Origin: Acidobacteriota bacterium
GTDB taxonomy: Bacteria; Acidobacteriota; UBA6911; RPQK01; G965248645
Direction of reading: 5' to 3'
Assembly: GCA_965248645.1 (NCBI GenBank)
Contig: OZ252113.1
Location: forward strand, 155,522 to 219,521
DNA: 64,000 nucleotides
Shown: piece by piece, positions 51,085-61,372 of the stretch
Layout: every line of letters begins with the position of its first letter
How positions within the stretch are numbered: the stretch's first letter is position 1
Notes under the pieces: generated by a model
The model's input: only the letters and a program-made list of their open reading frames with translations
Told to the model about the DNA's origin: nothing
Databases searched by the model: none
Position numbers and translations under genes: made by a program

Positions 51085-53640
51085 ATGGAGCAGATCAGGG
51101 TTAATCAACTAGCCACTGAGTTTGATATTCAGAACTCGGTGGTCATATCGGAGCTCAAGAAAATTGGCGTCTGGGTTCCGTCAGCAACCACCCCGGTGGA
51201 CCAGGACATCGCTAATCGGATCCGGCGGCGGTTGCAGATGATGGTGGAACTCGAGCAGGAAGAGCAGGTCAAGGCTGAGAGGATCAAAGAGAAGAAAAAA
51301 GTACCGGTACTGCGAGTCCGTAGGACCATCAAACAGCTTGGAAAACTCAGGAAAGGGACCCCAAAGATCGAGGAAAGAACGATTGGAAGCCCATTGGCGA
51401 GTTCGCTCAAGCCACGAAAAGGCAAGGGTTCCTATCGAAGGATTGAGATCGATCCAGAAAGCAGCCCGGAAAGGACAGAGGTTACCATTGAGGATGAGCC
51501 GATTATCGAAAAGGTTGAGGCTCGGCTCTCTGCGGAGCAGCTAGAGAAGGCGATACAGCAATCGGTTTCTCCGGAGTTGAAGAAAGCTGTTGAAAGGACC
51601 ATTCGAAAAGTCGCCATAGAAAAGGAGAAAGCTAGGATCAGGAGTCTGGAACCAGCGGCAAGAGAAGTTGGATCTCTAGCTAAGGTCAAGGGGGAGGCGA
51701 GGCACGTTGAATCAGTTCAGAAGGTGGCCGCCGAAACTCCCGCATCTGAACTCGTTCATGGCGCGAAATCCCCGGAAGGGCCGGCAGACGAATCCATTCC
51801 TCAGCCAGTTCTGTCTCCTGAAGGTGTCGAGGAGCTGCCAGCTGTTCTAACCGAGCAGCCCAGGAAGGAGAAGCAGGCCGTTTCTCCCCAGGAGGTGACT
51901 TTTTCGGAAGCGGTCACACTCAAAGAACTCAGTGAGAAGCTTGGTGTGAAGAGCAAAGATGTGGTCAAAGTATTGATGGATCATGGCGTCATCGCCACGG
52001 TCAACCAAACTCTGGACCAGCAAATCATCAAGGAGGTTTGCCAGGTCTTTAATGCCGTGGCCCGTTTTGTCTCTTTCGAGGAAAGTATAGTGGAACGAGA
52101 GCGGGTCGAGGAGAAACCTGAAGAACTTGTTCCTCGACCCCCAGTGGTGACCGTGATGGGTCATGTCGACCACGGTAAGACTTCGTTGCTCGACGCCATC
52201 CGTGAAAGCAGAGTAGCGGCAGGCGAAGCGGGTGGTATCACTCAGCACATCGGTGCTTACCATGTTGAGATCAACGGGCGTAAGATCGTGTTTCTGGACA
52301 CGCCGGGACACCAAGCTTTCACACGGATGCGGGCACGCGGCGCCGGGGTGACTGATCTGGTGGTCCTGGTCACTGCTGCAGACGATGGAGTCATGCCTCA
52401 GACGATCGAAGCAATCGATCATGCGCGGGCGGCCAAGGTGCCTATCTTAGTGGCTATTAATAAAATCGACAAGGAAGGTTCCCAACCTAAGCGGACTAGA
52501 GAGCAACTTGCCGAACATGAGCTGGTCAGTGAAGACTGGGGTGGTGACACGGTCATGGTGGAGGTGTCTGCTACAGAGAAAACTAACCTAGACCTACTGT
52601 TGGAAATGATTTTGCTAACGGCCGACATTCTGGAACTAAAGGCGAATCCGAAGCGTTCCGCCTCGGGTGTGGTCATCGAGGCCAGATTGGATAGAGGCCG
52701 AGGTGCCGTTGCTACTGTTCTGGTGCATAACGGCACGTTGCGAGTAGGAGATTTCTTCATCGCCGGCGCAGTTAATGGCAAAGTTCGAGCCATGTTTGAT
52801 GACCGAGGAGTACCGATGACCGAAGCGGGTCCCAGTAGCGCTGTTGAGATTCTCGGGATGCAAGACGTTCCTCAAGCAGGAGATGGATTCCAAGTCGTGG
52901 GAGATGCAACCAGAGCCCGGCAGATCGGGCAACATCGCCAGCAGCGGCTTCGAGAAAAGGAACTGAGCAGGTCCTCCAAGATCAGTTTGGATGAGCTATA
53001 TGCGCAGATGGAGACAGGAGAAATCAAGCAGTTGGCCATCATCCTCAAAGCAGATACTCAGGGGTCGGTGGAGGTTGCTGAAGATACTCTCCACAAACTC
53101 AGTGCCGATAAAGTAAAGATCAAGGTCATTCACGGTGGGGTGGGGGCAATCTCAGAGTCCGATGTGCTTCTCGCTTCTGCTTCCGATGCCATTATCATTG
53201 GGTTCGGAGTTCGTCCGGAACGTAGTGTCCAGGAGGTCGCAGAGAGGGAGAATGTGGAGATCAGACTACACACGGTCATCTACGAACTTTCACAGGAAAT
53301 TGAACGGGCCATGGTGGGCCTGCTCGAACCGACAGTGAAGGAAACCTACTGTGGTCGAGCCGAGGTTCGTCAGACCTTTCGCACCCCGAAGTTTGGAACG
53401 GTTGCTGGTAGCTACTTAGTGGACGGAGAGATCACTCGGAATGCCGAAGTCCGTTTGATTCGGGATGGTGTGGTCATTTACGAAGGAAAGATCGACTCAC
53501 TTCGACGTTTCAAAGATGATGTCAACCTGGTTCGTGCAGGTTACGAATGTGGGATGTCGATTATCAATTTCAATGATATAAAGATCGGTGATGTCATCGA
53601 GGCTTTTGTGAAAGAGAAGGTCGCACCTAAGCCGGTTTAA
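51085..53640 (+). CDS. infB: translation initiation factor IF-2
   Basis: G-domain '[19 protein letters not shown]', 'DTPGHQAF', 'NKIDK'; 851 aa. Confidence 0.95.
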   Translation: MEQIRVNQLATEFDIQNSVVISELKKIGVWVPSATTPVDQDIANRIRRRLQMMVELEQEEQVKAERIKEKKKVPVLRVRRTIKQLGKLRKGTPKIEERTIGSPLASSLKPRKGKGSYRRIEIDPESSPERTEVTIEDEPIIEKVEARLSAEQLEKAIQQSVSPELKKAVERTIRKVAIEKEKARIRSLEPAAREVGSLAKVKGEARHVESVQKVAAETPASELVHGAKSPEGPADESIPQPVLSPEGVEELPAVLTEQPRKEKQAVSPQEVTFSEAVTLKELSEKLGVKSKDVVKVLMDHGVIATVNQTLDQQIIKEVCQVFNAVARFVSFEESIVERERVEEKPEELVPRPPVVTVMGHVDHGKTSLLDAIRESRVAAGEAGGITQHIGAYHVEINGRKIVFLDTPGHQAFTRMRARGAGVTDLVVLVTAADDGVMPQTIEAIDHARAAKVPILVAINKIDKEGSQPKRTREQLAEHELVSEDWGGDTVMVEVSATEKTNLDLLLEMILLTADILELKANPKRSASGVVIEARLDRGRGAVATVLVHNGTLRVGDFFIAGAVNGKVRAMFDDRGVPMTEAGPSSAVEILGMQDVPQAGDGFQVVGDATRARQIGQHRQQRLREKELSRSSKISLDELYAQMETGEIKQLAIILKADTQGSVEVAEDTLHKLSADKVKIKVIHGGVGAISESDVLLASASDAIIIGFGVRPERSVQEVAERENVEIRLHTVIYELSQEIERAMVGLLEPTVKETYCGRAEVRQTFRTPKFGTVAGSYLVDGEITRNAEVRLIRDGVVIYEGKIDSLRRFKDDVNLVRAGYECGMSIINFNDIKIGDVIEAFVKEKVAPKPV

Positions 53641-53709
53641 CTAGGGGGGTCGGATCAGGAAGCCCAGGGGGGATCTCGATCAAGCCGATCCGCTGCCCCG
53701 CTGCCGGGG

Positions 53710-54726
53710 TCACGGCTTGAGTGGTAAAAGCAGTATTTTCCCCGTGGTCTGCCGGCTTGCAAGAGCCCTGTGTGCCGTCGCCGCTTCTTCTAAGGGCAGT
53801 GTGCGATCTACCCGGATACTCAGCTTTCCTTCAGAGATCCAACCGAAGATGTCGCGCGCTCGCGCGAGCAATTCATCTCGGGTCAACGTATAGTGGTGAA
53901 GGCTTGGGCGAGTCAGAAAAAGAGAGCCCTTGCGATTCAGGAGTTGTGGATCGAATGGCAAAACTGGCCCGCTGGACTGGCCAAACAGCACTAGAAGCCC
54001 ACGCGGTTTTAAACAGTTTAGGCTCTTGGTAAAGGTCGAACGACCTACCGAATCATAGACCACGTCGACTCCGCGGTCTTGGGTTAAGTTCTTGACTTCT
54101 TTTTCGAAATCCGTCCTTTCGTACAAGATTATCTTGTCGGCTCCTGCCTGCGTGGCCAGTTGTGCCTTCTCATCTGTGGATACTGTTCCGATCACCTGTG
54201 CTCCCAGGTGTGTAGCCATCTGTACCAGCAATAACCCAACCCCACCTGCTGCGGCGTGTACTAAGGCTGTTTCTCCAGATTTTAGAGCATAGGTATCATG
54301 GGTCAGGTAATGGGCTGTCATTCCTTGGACCATCCCGGCCGCAGCCATTTGAAAAGTGACTTCGGAGGGTAGTGGTACCAATTGCCAGGCGGGTACCAAG
54401 GCTTGTTCTGCGTATGCTCCCATGGAAAGAGCAAAGGCGACGCGGTCTCCCACCTTAGGCACAATTACCCTCGAGCCGACGGCGCGCACTACCCCTGCGG
54501 CCTCCAGTCCTGGAACAAAGGGAAGAATGGTCTTGTATAAACCTGCTCGATAGTAGATGTCTATAAAATTGACACCCGCGGCGAAGATATCCACCAGCGC
54601 ATCATCAGTTCCCACATTTTGGGTCGGGACTTCTCCGGTCCGGAGGACTTCCGGGCTGCCGAACTCATGAACAATAATCGCCTTCACGGACCTCTCCGTC
54701 TGCACAGAATTAACATTCTGCTGCAA
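53710..54726 (-). CDS. NADPH:quinone oxidoreductase (zinc-binding alcohol dehydrogenase / MDR family)
   Basis: MDR fold with 'AAGGVGLLLVQMA' Rossmann motif. Confidence 0.8.
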   Translation of the reverse strand: MQQNVNSVQTERSVKAIIVHEFGSPEVLRTGEVPTQNVGTDDALVDIFAAGVNFIDIYYRAGLYKTILPFVPGLEAAGVVRAVGSRVIVPKVGDRVAFALSMGAYAEQALVPAWQLVPLPSEVTFQMAAAGMVQGMTAHYLTHDTYALKSGETALVHAAAGGVGLLLVQMATHLGAQVIGTVSTDEKAQLATQAGADKIILYERTDFEKEVKNLTQDRGVDVVYDSVGRSTFTKSLNCLKPRGLLVLFGQSSGPVLPFDPQLLNRKGSLFLTRPSLHHYTLTRDELLARARDIFGWISEGKLSIRVDRTLPLEEAATAHRALASRQTTGKILLLPLKP

Positions 54727-54891
54727 GCTGGCGGTCGGCCGATCGCTTCTACAGCCGGATGTACTGTGTCACACATCTCCTGTAAAAGGAAGGGGAGGAA
54801 ATGAGATTGACATGGATGTAATGAGGAGCGGGTGTCCTGCAAGTTTTTCCGAGTAAGTGCCCCGCAGCACTCGTAACCTGAGGATAAACAG

Positions 54892-55182
54892 ATGCCAATA
54901 GTTTTCTGCTCCTTTGAGATCCATCTGGCCTATAGTCGTTCACTTAAAGACAAACGCAACGTATTGCGGAAAACCTGTGATCGCTTACGGGCACGCTTCA
55001 ATTTTTCCATCTCTGAAATCGACTACCAAAATGTATGGCAACGAGCCCGACTGGGAGCAGTTTCGATTGGATCTAGCCGGGGGCAGTTGCAACAGGTGAC
55101 GCAAAAGCTGGTTCGGGAAGCAGAAGGAGTCCTGGGTTCAGATCTGATCAACTATGACGTGGAGTTTTTCGACTATGAGTAA
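54892..55182 (+). CDS. DUF503 (YlxP-like) small protein
   Basis: ~96 aa; conserved position after infB as in Firmicutes ylxP. Confidence 0.55.
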   Translation: MPIVFCSFEIHLAYSRSLKDKRNVLRKTCDRLRARFNFSISEIDYQNVWQRARLGAVSIGSSRGQLQQVTQKLVREAEGVLGSDLINYDVEFFDYE

Positions 55183-55184
55183 GT

Positions 55185-56147
55185 ATGCGAGATGAGATCA
55201 TCGGGTTTATACGGGCTCATAATTCCTTTGTGATCACTTCCCATTCTCGCCCGGATGGCGACTCTATCGGCTCACAGCTTGGCCTAGCATTGGCGCTGGA
55301 GTCTATCGGTAAGAGTGCCCTGATAGTCAATGCCGACCCTTTGCCGCAGGTCTATAGTTTTCTGCCAGGAAGTGAAAAGATTCGGTTCTCGGATCGGATT
55401 GAAGGTCGGTATGATGGTGTTTTCGTGCTGGAATGTAACGACTTGGATCGCCCCAAACTCAAAAATCTAGAGGGCTATTACATCGTCAACATTGATCATC
55501 ACCCCAAGACCAAACCCTTTGGCCATTTGAATTGGGTGGATCACTCAGCGGCAGCCGTGGGTGAAATGATCTATGAACTCATCAAATCCTTGCACATATC
55601 TTTGACCGTCGGGATTGCAACTGCTCTATACGTCGCCATCCTCACTGACACTGGCTCCTTTCAATTCTCTAATACCCGCGCTCAAAGCTTTACCATCGCT
55701 TCTGACCTAGTGGCTTTAGGCGCGGATCCCTCTCAGATCGCTCAAATGGTATATATGACCCAGTCAGTTCCGAGGTTACGTCTATTAAGCCAAGTCCTCG
55801 ACACTCTTGAACTCCATCATTCGGGGAAAATTGCTTGGATACGTTTGACCCAGCAGGCACTTAAACAGGCAGGAGCATCGTTTACAGATACCGAGGGGAT
55901 TGTCAATCATCCCCTATCTTTGGCTGGAGTGAGCATAGTCGCCTTCTTCCGGGAGGAAGCCATTCGGCTATATCGGATCAGTTTGCGGTCGAAGGATCAT
56001 TACAATGTAGGTACAGTGGCCGAACACTTTGGAGGGGGCGGTCACGAGAAAGCCGCTGGCCTTTGCGTGCAGGGAGATTTCCCCGATGTTCGAGAGCGTG
56101 TACTTGCAGAGCTCGAAAAACTTTTGGACCATGAGGGCACTGGTTGA
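55185..56147 (+). CDS. nrnA: DHH-family phosphoesterase, NrnA-like (oligoribonuclease / pAp phosphatase)
   Basis: 'DGDSIGS' and 'DHH' motifs; DHHA1-like C-terminus 'GGGGH'. Confidence 0.8.
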   Translation: MRDEIIGFIRAHNSFVITSHSRPDGDSIGSQLGLALALESIGKSALIVNADPLPQVYSFLPGSEKIRFSDRIEGRYDGVFVLECNDLDRPKLKNLEGYYIVNIDHHPKTKPFGHLNWVDHSAAAVGEMIYELIKSLHISLTVGIATALYVAILTDTGSFQFSNTRAQSFTIASDLVALGADPSQIAQMVYMTQSVPRLRLLSQVLDTLELHHSGKIAWIRLTQQALKQAGASFTDTEGIVNHPLSLAGVSIVAFFREEAIRLYRISLRSKDHYNVGTVAEHFGGGGHEKAAGLCVQGDFPDVRERVLAELEKLLDHEGTG

Positions 56148-56218
56148 AAGGCTATTTTGTGTCCTGTGGGAGTGCCAAAAGAAGGAGTCAGTGGTTCAAA
56201 CGGCTGTAAAAACAGATC

Positions 56219-57109
56219 ATGACCAGTGGAATTCTAGTCGTCGACAAACCAGCGGGCCCCACCTCCCATGATATTGTGCAAAGGGCGAGAGGGCTTTTGA
56301 GAACCAAGGTAGGACATACTGGCACGCTTGATCCGCTAGCGACGGGCATCCTGCCGCTGGTGCTTGGCCGTGCTACCCGCCTGACTCGCTTTTTCCAAGG
56401 TGTTGACAAAGAGTATCTAGCCGATGTCCACTTAGGAATAGTAACCGATACCCTTGATGGGGAAGGCCGCATCACTGCAGAAAACAGTGTGCCTTTGGTG
56501 TCTCCTGAGGCGGCGAGATCAGTTCTGGCTCAATTTACTGGGAATATTCAACAAAAACCCCCAATGTACTCCGCCATTAAGGTGGCAGGCACGAAGCTAT
56601 ACGAGTTGGCACGGCGTCAACTGAAGCGCAAGCGCCCACTTCGATCCGTCTCGATCTATCACATCGATCTGCTTGAGCAGGAAGAAGATATCTGGCGATT
56701 GAGGATACACTGCTCTTCAGGAACCTATATTCGAAGTCTGGCCAATGACATTGGACAAAGTTTAGGCTGTGGAGCATACCTCAAGGATTTGCGACGTATC
56801 CGCTCGGGTCAGTTTGACTTTTCTCGGGCTGTCCGTATAGAGGAGCTCGCTCGTCGGTGGAAGCAAGCATTATACCCATTGGAAGAGCTCTTACCCGAGT
56901 TTCCTCAATTTGAGCTAGATGATAAACACGTTGGACCAGTCACGCATGGAACGGAACTCCCCTTCAGCGAAACTGCCAGTGAAGAGTTTTACCGGCTTTT
57001 TCACAATCACAAATTGATCGCAATTGGACAGGTGCGAGATGCTAAGATCCACCCGATCATCGTCGTTGGAACGGCTAAGCTTCAGGACGACGTCAGTCGC
57101 TGTAATTGA
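56219..57109 (+). CDS. truB: tRNA pseudouridine(55) synthase
   Basis: 'GHTGTLDPLATGILPL' catalytic Asp motif. Confidence 0.9.
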   Translation: MTSGILVVDKPAGPTSHDIVQRARGLLRTKVGHTGTLDPLATGILPLVLGRATRLTRFFQGVDKEYLADVHLGIVTDTLDGEGRITAENSVPLVSPEAARSVLAQFTGNIQQKPPMYSAIKVAGTKLYELARRQLKRKRPLRSVSIYHIDLLEQEEDIWRLRIHCSSGTYIRSLANDIGQSLGCGAYLKDLRRIRSGQFDFSRAVRIEELARRWKQALYPLEELLPEFPQFELDDKHVGPVTHGTELPFSETASEEFYRLFHNHKLIAIGQVRDAKIHPIIVVGTAKLQDDVSRCN

Positions 57110-57119
57110 AAAGGGGCTG

Positions 57120-57950
57120 CTATGATGAGGAAAAATCCCGTTGGTTCCAGTAACGGTAGAAATGTCCCAAGGGGCCGTGACCTTGGCCCAGGGAAAAGGA
57201 ATGTCGGATTGCTTCTGTGACGTATTCCTTGGCTCTTCTAATGGCCTCTCGAAGTGGGAGTCCTCGAGCTAAATAGGCGGCAATGGCGGAAGCAAAGGTG
57301 CAGCCGCTGCCGTGAGTGTGTGGCGTGTTAATGCGAGGGGCCTTCCAGTGAATCAGCTCTCGACCATCATAGAAGTAATCGATTACCTGTTCTGAGCCGT
57401 CAAGGTGCCCCCCTTTCACAATAACTGCGCGAGGACCCATGTCAAAGATTTCTTTGGCGGCTCCCTCCGCTGCTTTTTCTGTGGTGATTGTCCTAGCCAC
57501 AAGAAGCTCAGCTTCACATCGGTTGGGGGTGGCCACCGAGGCCAGAGGCAGCAACCTTCTCTTAAGTACTTCGACAGCATCCTGGTGAATTAAAGGATCT
57601 CCGCCAGTAGCGATCATTACCGGATCCACGACCAGTTGCTCAATGGCATAGCATTTTATCTTGGTTGCTACTAAATCGATAATTTGCGCCGAAGAAAGCA
57701 TACCTGTTTTAACCGCGTTGACGCCGATATCTTCTATTACGGATTCAATTTGGCGCTCGATCGTTTTTAAGGGGAGATCAGTGGCAAGGTAAACACGACT
57801 GGTGTCCTGGGCGGTCACCGATGTGATGGCGGACATCCCGTGGACACCCAGTGCGGCGAACGTCTTCAGATCGGCTTGGATGCCTGCACAGCCTCCACTA
57901 TCGGATCCGGCAATCGTCAGGGCTTTAGGTACGGGGGGCACGCAGCACAT
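57120..57950 (-). CDS. thiD: hydroxymethylpyrimidine/phosphomethylpyrimidine kinase
   Basis: '[21 protein letters not shown]', '[15 protein letters not shown]' ThiD/PdxK signatures. Confidence 0.85.
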   Translation of the reverse strand: MCCVPPVPKALTIAGSDSGGCAGIQADLKTFAALGVHGMSAITSVTAQDTSRVYLATDLPLKTIERQIESVIEDIGVNAVKTGMLSSAQIIDLVATKIKCYAIEQLVVDPVMIATGGDPLIHQDAVEVLKRRLLPLASVATPNRCEAELLVARTITTEKAAEGAAKEIFDMGPRAVIVKGGHLDGSEQVIDYFYDGRELIHWKAPRINTPHTHGSGCTFASAIAAYLARGLPLREAIRRAKEYVTEAIRHSFSLGQGHGPLGHFYRYWNQRDFSSS

Positions 57951-58005
57951 TGTATCAGGATCGTAGAGGTGAAGCTGGCCTGAAGAGAGTTTCAAAGTCT
58001 CGAGA

Positions 58006-58443
58006 TTGAGCGCGAGCCTCTCTTTTCTTGGCGCCGCTGTTTGTGATAGACTGGGAGGGATTTTACGGAAGGGGTTGATCCGAATGGTTTCAAGTGGGGA
58101 TAAGTTTGTTTATTTCCTCATAGGTGGGTTTGTCGGTGCGACCGTGGCCCTGCTCTTCGCACCGAAATCAGGTGTAGAAACTCGCAACTTCTTAGAAGAC
58201 AAATACAAACAAGGAACGGACCGCTTAACTCAAAAGATGCGCGAGGGCGCGGAGAGCGTCTCGGGTAAAAGCCGCAAAGCGGCAGAGAGAGTGACGGAGT
58301 CAGTCGACAAGGGAGTGGCGACCCTAACTAACCAAAAGGAAAAGTTCACGGCCGCTGTCGAGGCCGGGAAAAAAGCCTATCTGGAAGAGAAAGAAAAATT
58401 GGATTCGGAGGAAGACGGGAGTACGGAAAATCCAGCATCCTGA
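58006..58443 (+). CDS. YtxH-domain membrane protein
   Basis: One TM helix followed by Lys/Glu-rich helical region typical of YtxH. Confidence 0.5.
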   Translation: MSASLSFLGAAVCDRLGGILRKGLIRMVSSGDKFVYFLIGGFVGATVALLFAPKSGVETRNFLEDKYKQGTDRLTQKMREGAESVSGKSRKAAERVTESVDKGVATLTNQKEKFTAAVEAGKKAYLEEKEKLDSEEDGSTENPAS

Positions 58444-58467
58444 TGGGTTGGGAACGAGGGATAAGTA

Positions 58468-58986
58468 GTGAAAGTTGAGACCTTACTCGTTATCTTCATT
58501 GGAGTCACATCCCTAGCCCTGGTGATTCAGAGTCTTTCACTGTGGAGAGCCTCCCGCGCGATCGGACAGATGTTGCGCAGGTTGGGCGATCAATCCGAAG
58601 CTATCGAAAAGGAAACTCGTGAAGTCATCAGCAAATTTCGTCAAGCCGTTGAATTGCTCAAACCGTTGGGTCAGGTCGCTGAAACCGCAAGCAAGAATGT
58701 TGACTTTATCTCGCAGATGTTGCAAAAGCGCGGCCAGGAAGTTGACCGATTTGTGGAGGAACTGACCCAGATGGGCCGAGAGCAGGCCTCTAAAATTGAC
58801 TATTTGGTGACCGACACGGTTCAAAAGATACAGCAGACCACGGAAGTCATACAGAAGGATATCCTCCGGCCCGCCGTGGAAATTTCTTCTTTCTTCAAGG
58901 GAATCAAAACCGGCTTGGAGTATTTGTTTTCCCGCAAACAAGGGCGACGGGAAGAAGGTTATCCGGAAGAAGAATTGTTTATCTAG
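58468..58986 (+). CDS. DUF948-like membrane-anchored coiled-coil protein
   Basis: N-terminal TM plus long helical region; paired with YtxH gene. Confidence 0.45.
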   Translation: MKVETLLVIFIGVTSLALVIQSLSLWRASRAIGQMLRRLGDQSEAIEKETREVISKFRQAVELLKPLGQVAETASKNVDFISQMLQKRGQEVDRFVEELTQMGREQASKIDYLVTDTVQKIQQTTEVIQKDILRPAVEISSFFKGIKTGLEYLFSRKQGRREEGYPEEELFI

Positions 58987-60032
58987 TCCCGCTTCTTTGA
59001 ATGAAGATGAGACTCTAAGCGCCGGCAAGGAGGTGGATCTGCCCCCCACCGCAAGAGAACGCTGCCCCAAGTGAAGCCAGCGCCGAAAGCAACCAACAAC
59101 ACCAGATCTCCCTTCTTGATCCTCCCATCTCGGTAGCATTCGGCCAGACCAATCGGGATAGTGGCCGCTGTTGTGTTGGCATAGCGCTCTATGTTGACCA
59201 CGAGCTGGTCATCCCGAAGTTTCAGGCGTTCAGCTGTGGATTTGAGGATCCTCAGGTTGGCCTGATGGGGAATAAAGAGGCTTAGATCTTCAACTTTGTA
59301 GCCATTACGCTCCAGGATTTGAGAGGATACTTCGCTCATCAGCCGAACGGCATATTTGAAAACAACTTTCCCATTCTGGTGAACATAATGCATCTTTTTG
59401 CGAAGCGTTTCTATGCTGGCCGGGTTTCGACTACCGCCGCCGGGCATATAGAGATACTTACCACCTGCACCGTCGCAGTGTAGAATGAAATCGAGAACTC
59501 CCAATCCCGGTTTCCAAGTGGGCTCCAGGACGACCGCTCCGGCTCCGTCTCCAAAGAGCACACAAGTAGAACGATCCTCAAAATTGATGATGCTACTCAT
59601 CACATCGGTTCCCACGATCAATACTTTCTTACAGCCACCGGTTTCAATGAACTGAGCTCCGGTGGCCAGAGCATATAGGAAACCGGAACAAGCTCCAGAC
59701 AGGTCGAATCCCCAGGCGTGCGTAGCGCCGATTTGTTCCTGGATCAGACACGCTGTGGAGGGAAAGAACATGTCAGGCGTGACGGTGGCCACAATTATAA
59801 GATCGATATCTTCGGGATGGAGGTGGGTACTTCGGAAGGCGTTCTGGATCGCCTGAACCGAGAGGTCACTGTTAGCCTGTCCGTTTGAAACAACCCTTCT
59901 CTCCCCAATGCCGGTTCGTTCTCGGATCCACTCATCGGAGGTATCCACGAACGTTTCCATGTCCCTATTCGTCAGTCGAGTTTCGGGCAAGTACATGCCG
60001 ACAGCCGTAATGTTGGCTCGCAATTGTTTCAA
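58983..60032 (-). CDS. fabH: 3-oxoacyl-ACP synthase III
   Basis: Catalytic Cys 'GACSGF'; His/Asn regions 'HQANLRI', 'GNTTAATIP'. Confidence 0.9.
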   Translation of the reverse strand: MKQLRANITAVGMYLPETRLTNRDMETFVDTSDEWIRERTGIGERRVVSNGQANSDLSVQAIQNAFRSTHLHPEDIDLIIVATVTPDMFFPSTACLIQEQIGATHAWGFDLSGACSGFLYALATGAQFIETGGCKKVLIVGTDVMSSIINFEDRSTCVLFGDGAGAVVLEPTWKPGLGVLDFILHCDGAGGKYLYMPGGGSRNPASIETLRKKMHYVHQNGKVVFKYAVRLMSEVSSQILERNGYKVEDLSLFIPHQANLRILKSTAERLKLRDDQLVVNIERYANTTAATIPIGLAECYRDGRIKKGDLVLLVAFGAGFTWGSVLLRWGADPPPCRRLESHLHSKKRD

Positions 60033-60046
60033 TGGACCCTCCCCCT

Positions 60047-60703
60047 TTACTGTGGGTACGTAATGATCTCTACGTCTGGGGGTAACTCGAGTTTAAACTG
60101 GCGATCTGCAATGTGGATATTTTCTCGGAAGTCGGTCAGGATAAAGTCCTGACGGTTGCCAATCGGCTCGATCAGAGAGAAACGGTAAATCTGGAAGGTT
60201 GAAGCGAGAACTTCCAGGATCAGATATGACAAGTCCCCACGGGCTTCTTTAGGAGTCAAGCGGAGTAAATAGTTTTCCGGTTGCAGGGGTTGTTCCTGGT
60301 CTTCGAATGTGACTTGGAAGTCAGCTTGAAGATCTCCTCTGCCCAGCAGAAAAAGCAAGGGAGTCTCTCCTGCTTCGTCCTCCAAATCAGATATCATCAC
60401 CTGTTTCTCCCGTGGAACATAGAAATATGTCTTATTAGCATCTGAGACAAACAGCTTTTGGATGGGGTTTCGATACTCCCAATACATTTTTCCCGGTTTT
60501 TTCATCATGACTATCCCAGTTTCCTCGATTTTCACTCCACGCCCCCGAAAAACTTGTCGAAACTGGGCTGAAAAACTTCTTATTTGATTGTACTTGATCT
60601 GGAGCCGTTGGGCGACTTGCTCGGCAGTTGGAAGGGGGGGAGAAGAGAGGCCAAGAAGATAGAAGAACCCTAGCCAACAGCCTGTGAAGAATACGTAGCT
60701 CAT
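60047..60703 (-). CDS. LolA-like outer-membrane lipoprotein carrier protein
   Basis: Signal peptide; LolA-like length and beta-rich pattern; adjacent to lspA. Confidence 0.55.
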   Translation of the reverse strand: MSYVFFTGCWLGFFYLLGLSSPPLPTAEQVAQRLQIKYNQIRSFSAQFRQVFRGRGVKIEETGIVMMKKPGKMYWEYRNPIQKLFVSDANKTYFYVPREKQVMISDLEDEAGETPLLFLLGRGDLQADFQVTFEDQEQPLQPENYLLRLTPKEARGDLSYLILEVLASTFQIYRFSLIEPIGNRQDFILTDFRENIHIADRQFKLELPPDVEIITYPQ

Positions 60704-60711
60704 CGCCCTCG

Positions 60712-61224
60712 TTACTTGTTTCCTCGTCTCGGTGCCTCGCTCTCTTGTGGCACTCCTTCACCCTGACGAAAGAAGGTTTCAAAGAGGATCAACAGGACTC
60801 CGCAAGTGATGGCAGCATCGGCAAGGTTAAAGGTGGGCCAAGCAAAGTAGTTCCCCCAGTGCAGGTGCAAGAAATCCACTACGTGATGATGGAGAAGACG
60901 GTCGACGAGGTTACCTGAGATTCCACCCAACAGCAAGCCCATCGAAAAGAAAGGGAGTCTCTGTTCTGTCGGAGCACTCCAAATCGAGTAGAACACGATG
61001 AAGAGAGCAACGGCAGCCATCGCGGTGAGGATCAAGGGCTTCCAATCCGACTGCAGAGTGTGGAAAAGGCCGAAGGCGATACCTTCATTTTCCGTATATT
61101 GAATCGAAAAGAACCCGTCGATTACCGAATAGTATTGTAACCATTCGGTATTGTGAACCCACCATTTGGTTCCCAAATCGAGTAAAAAAATGCACACACC
61201 TAAGAGGCATGATAGAAGTCGCAT
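60712..61224 (-). CDS. lspA: lipoprotein signal peptidase II
   Basis: 'FNLADAAI' and 'NTG/GNLVDR' LspA motifs; conserved ileS-lspA linkage. Confidence 0.9.
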   Translation of the reverse strand: MRLLSCLLGVCIFLLDLGTKWWVHNTEWLQYYSVIDGFFSIQYTENEGIAFGLFHTLQSDWKPLILTAMAAVALFIVFYSIWSAPTEQRLPFFSMGLLLGGISGNLVDRLLHHHVVDFLHLHWGNYFAWPTFNLADAAITCGVLLILFETFFRQGEGVPQESEAPRRGNK

Positions 61225-61372
61225 AACCTATTTTAGTTCCTGGGGATTACTCGCATTTCGATGGGGTCTCGTCTCTTTTGAGTTTCCCATGCTAGTCCCC
61301 GGCACCTTCACAAGGCTCTTGATCCTGAAGCGCTTAGCAGAATATTGCCTCATTTATTTCCAAAATGGGGCC

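Noticed and set aside
51847-52422. 191-aa minus-strand ORF
   Set aside because: Antisense to infB. Spurious.
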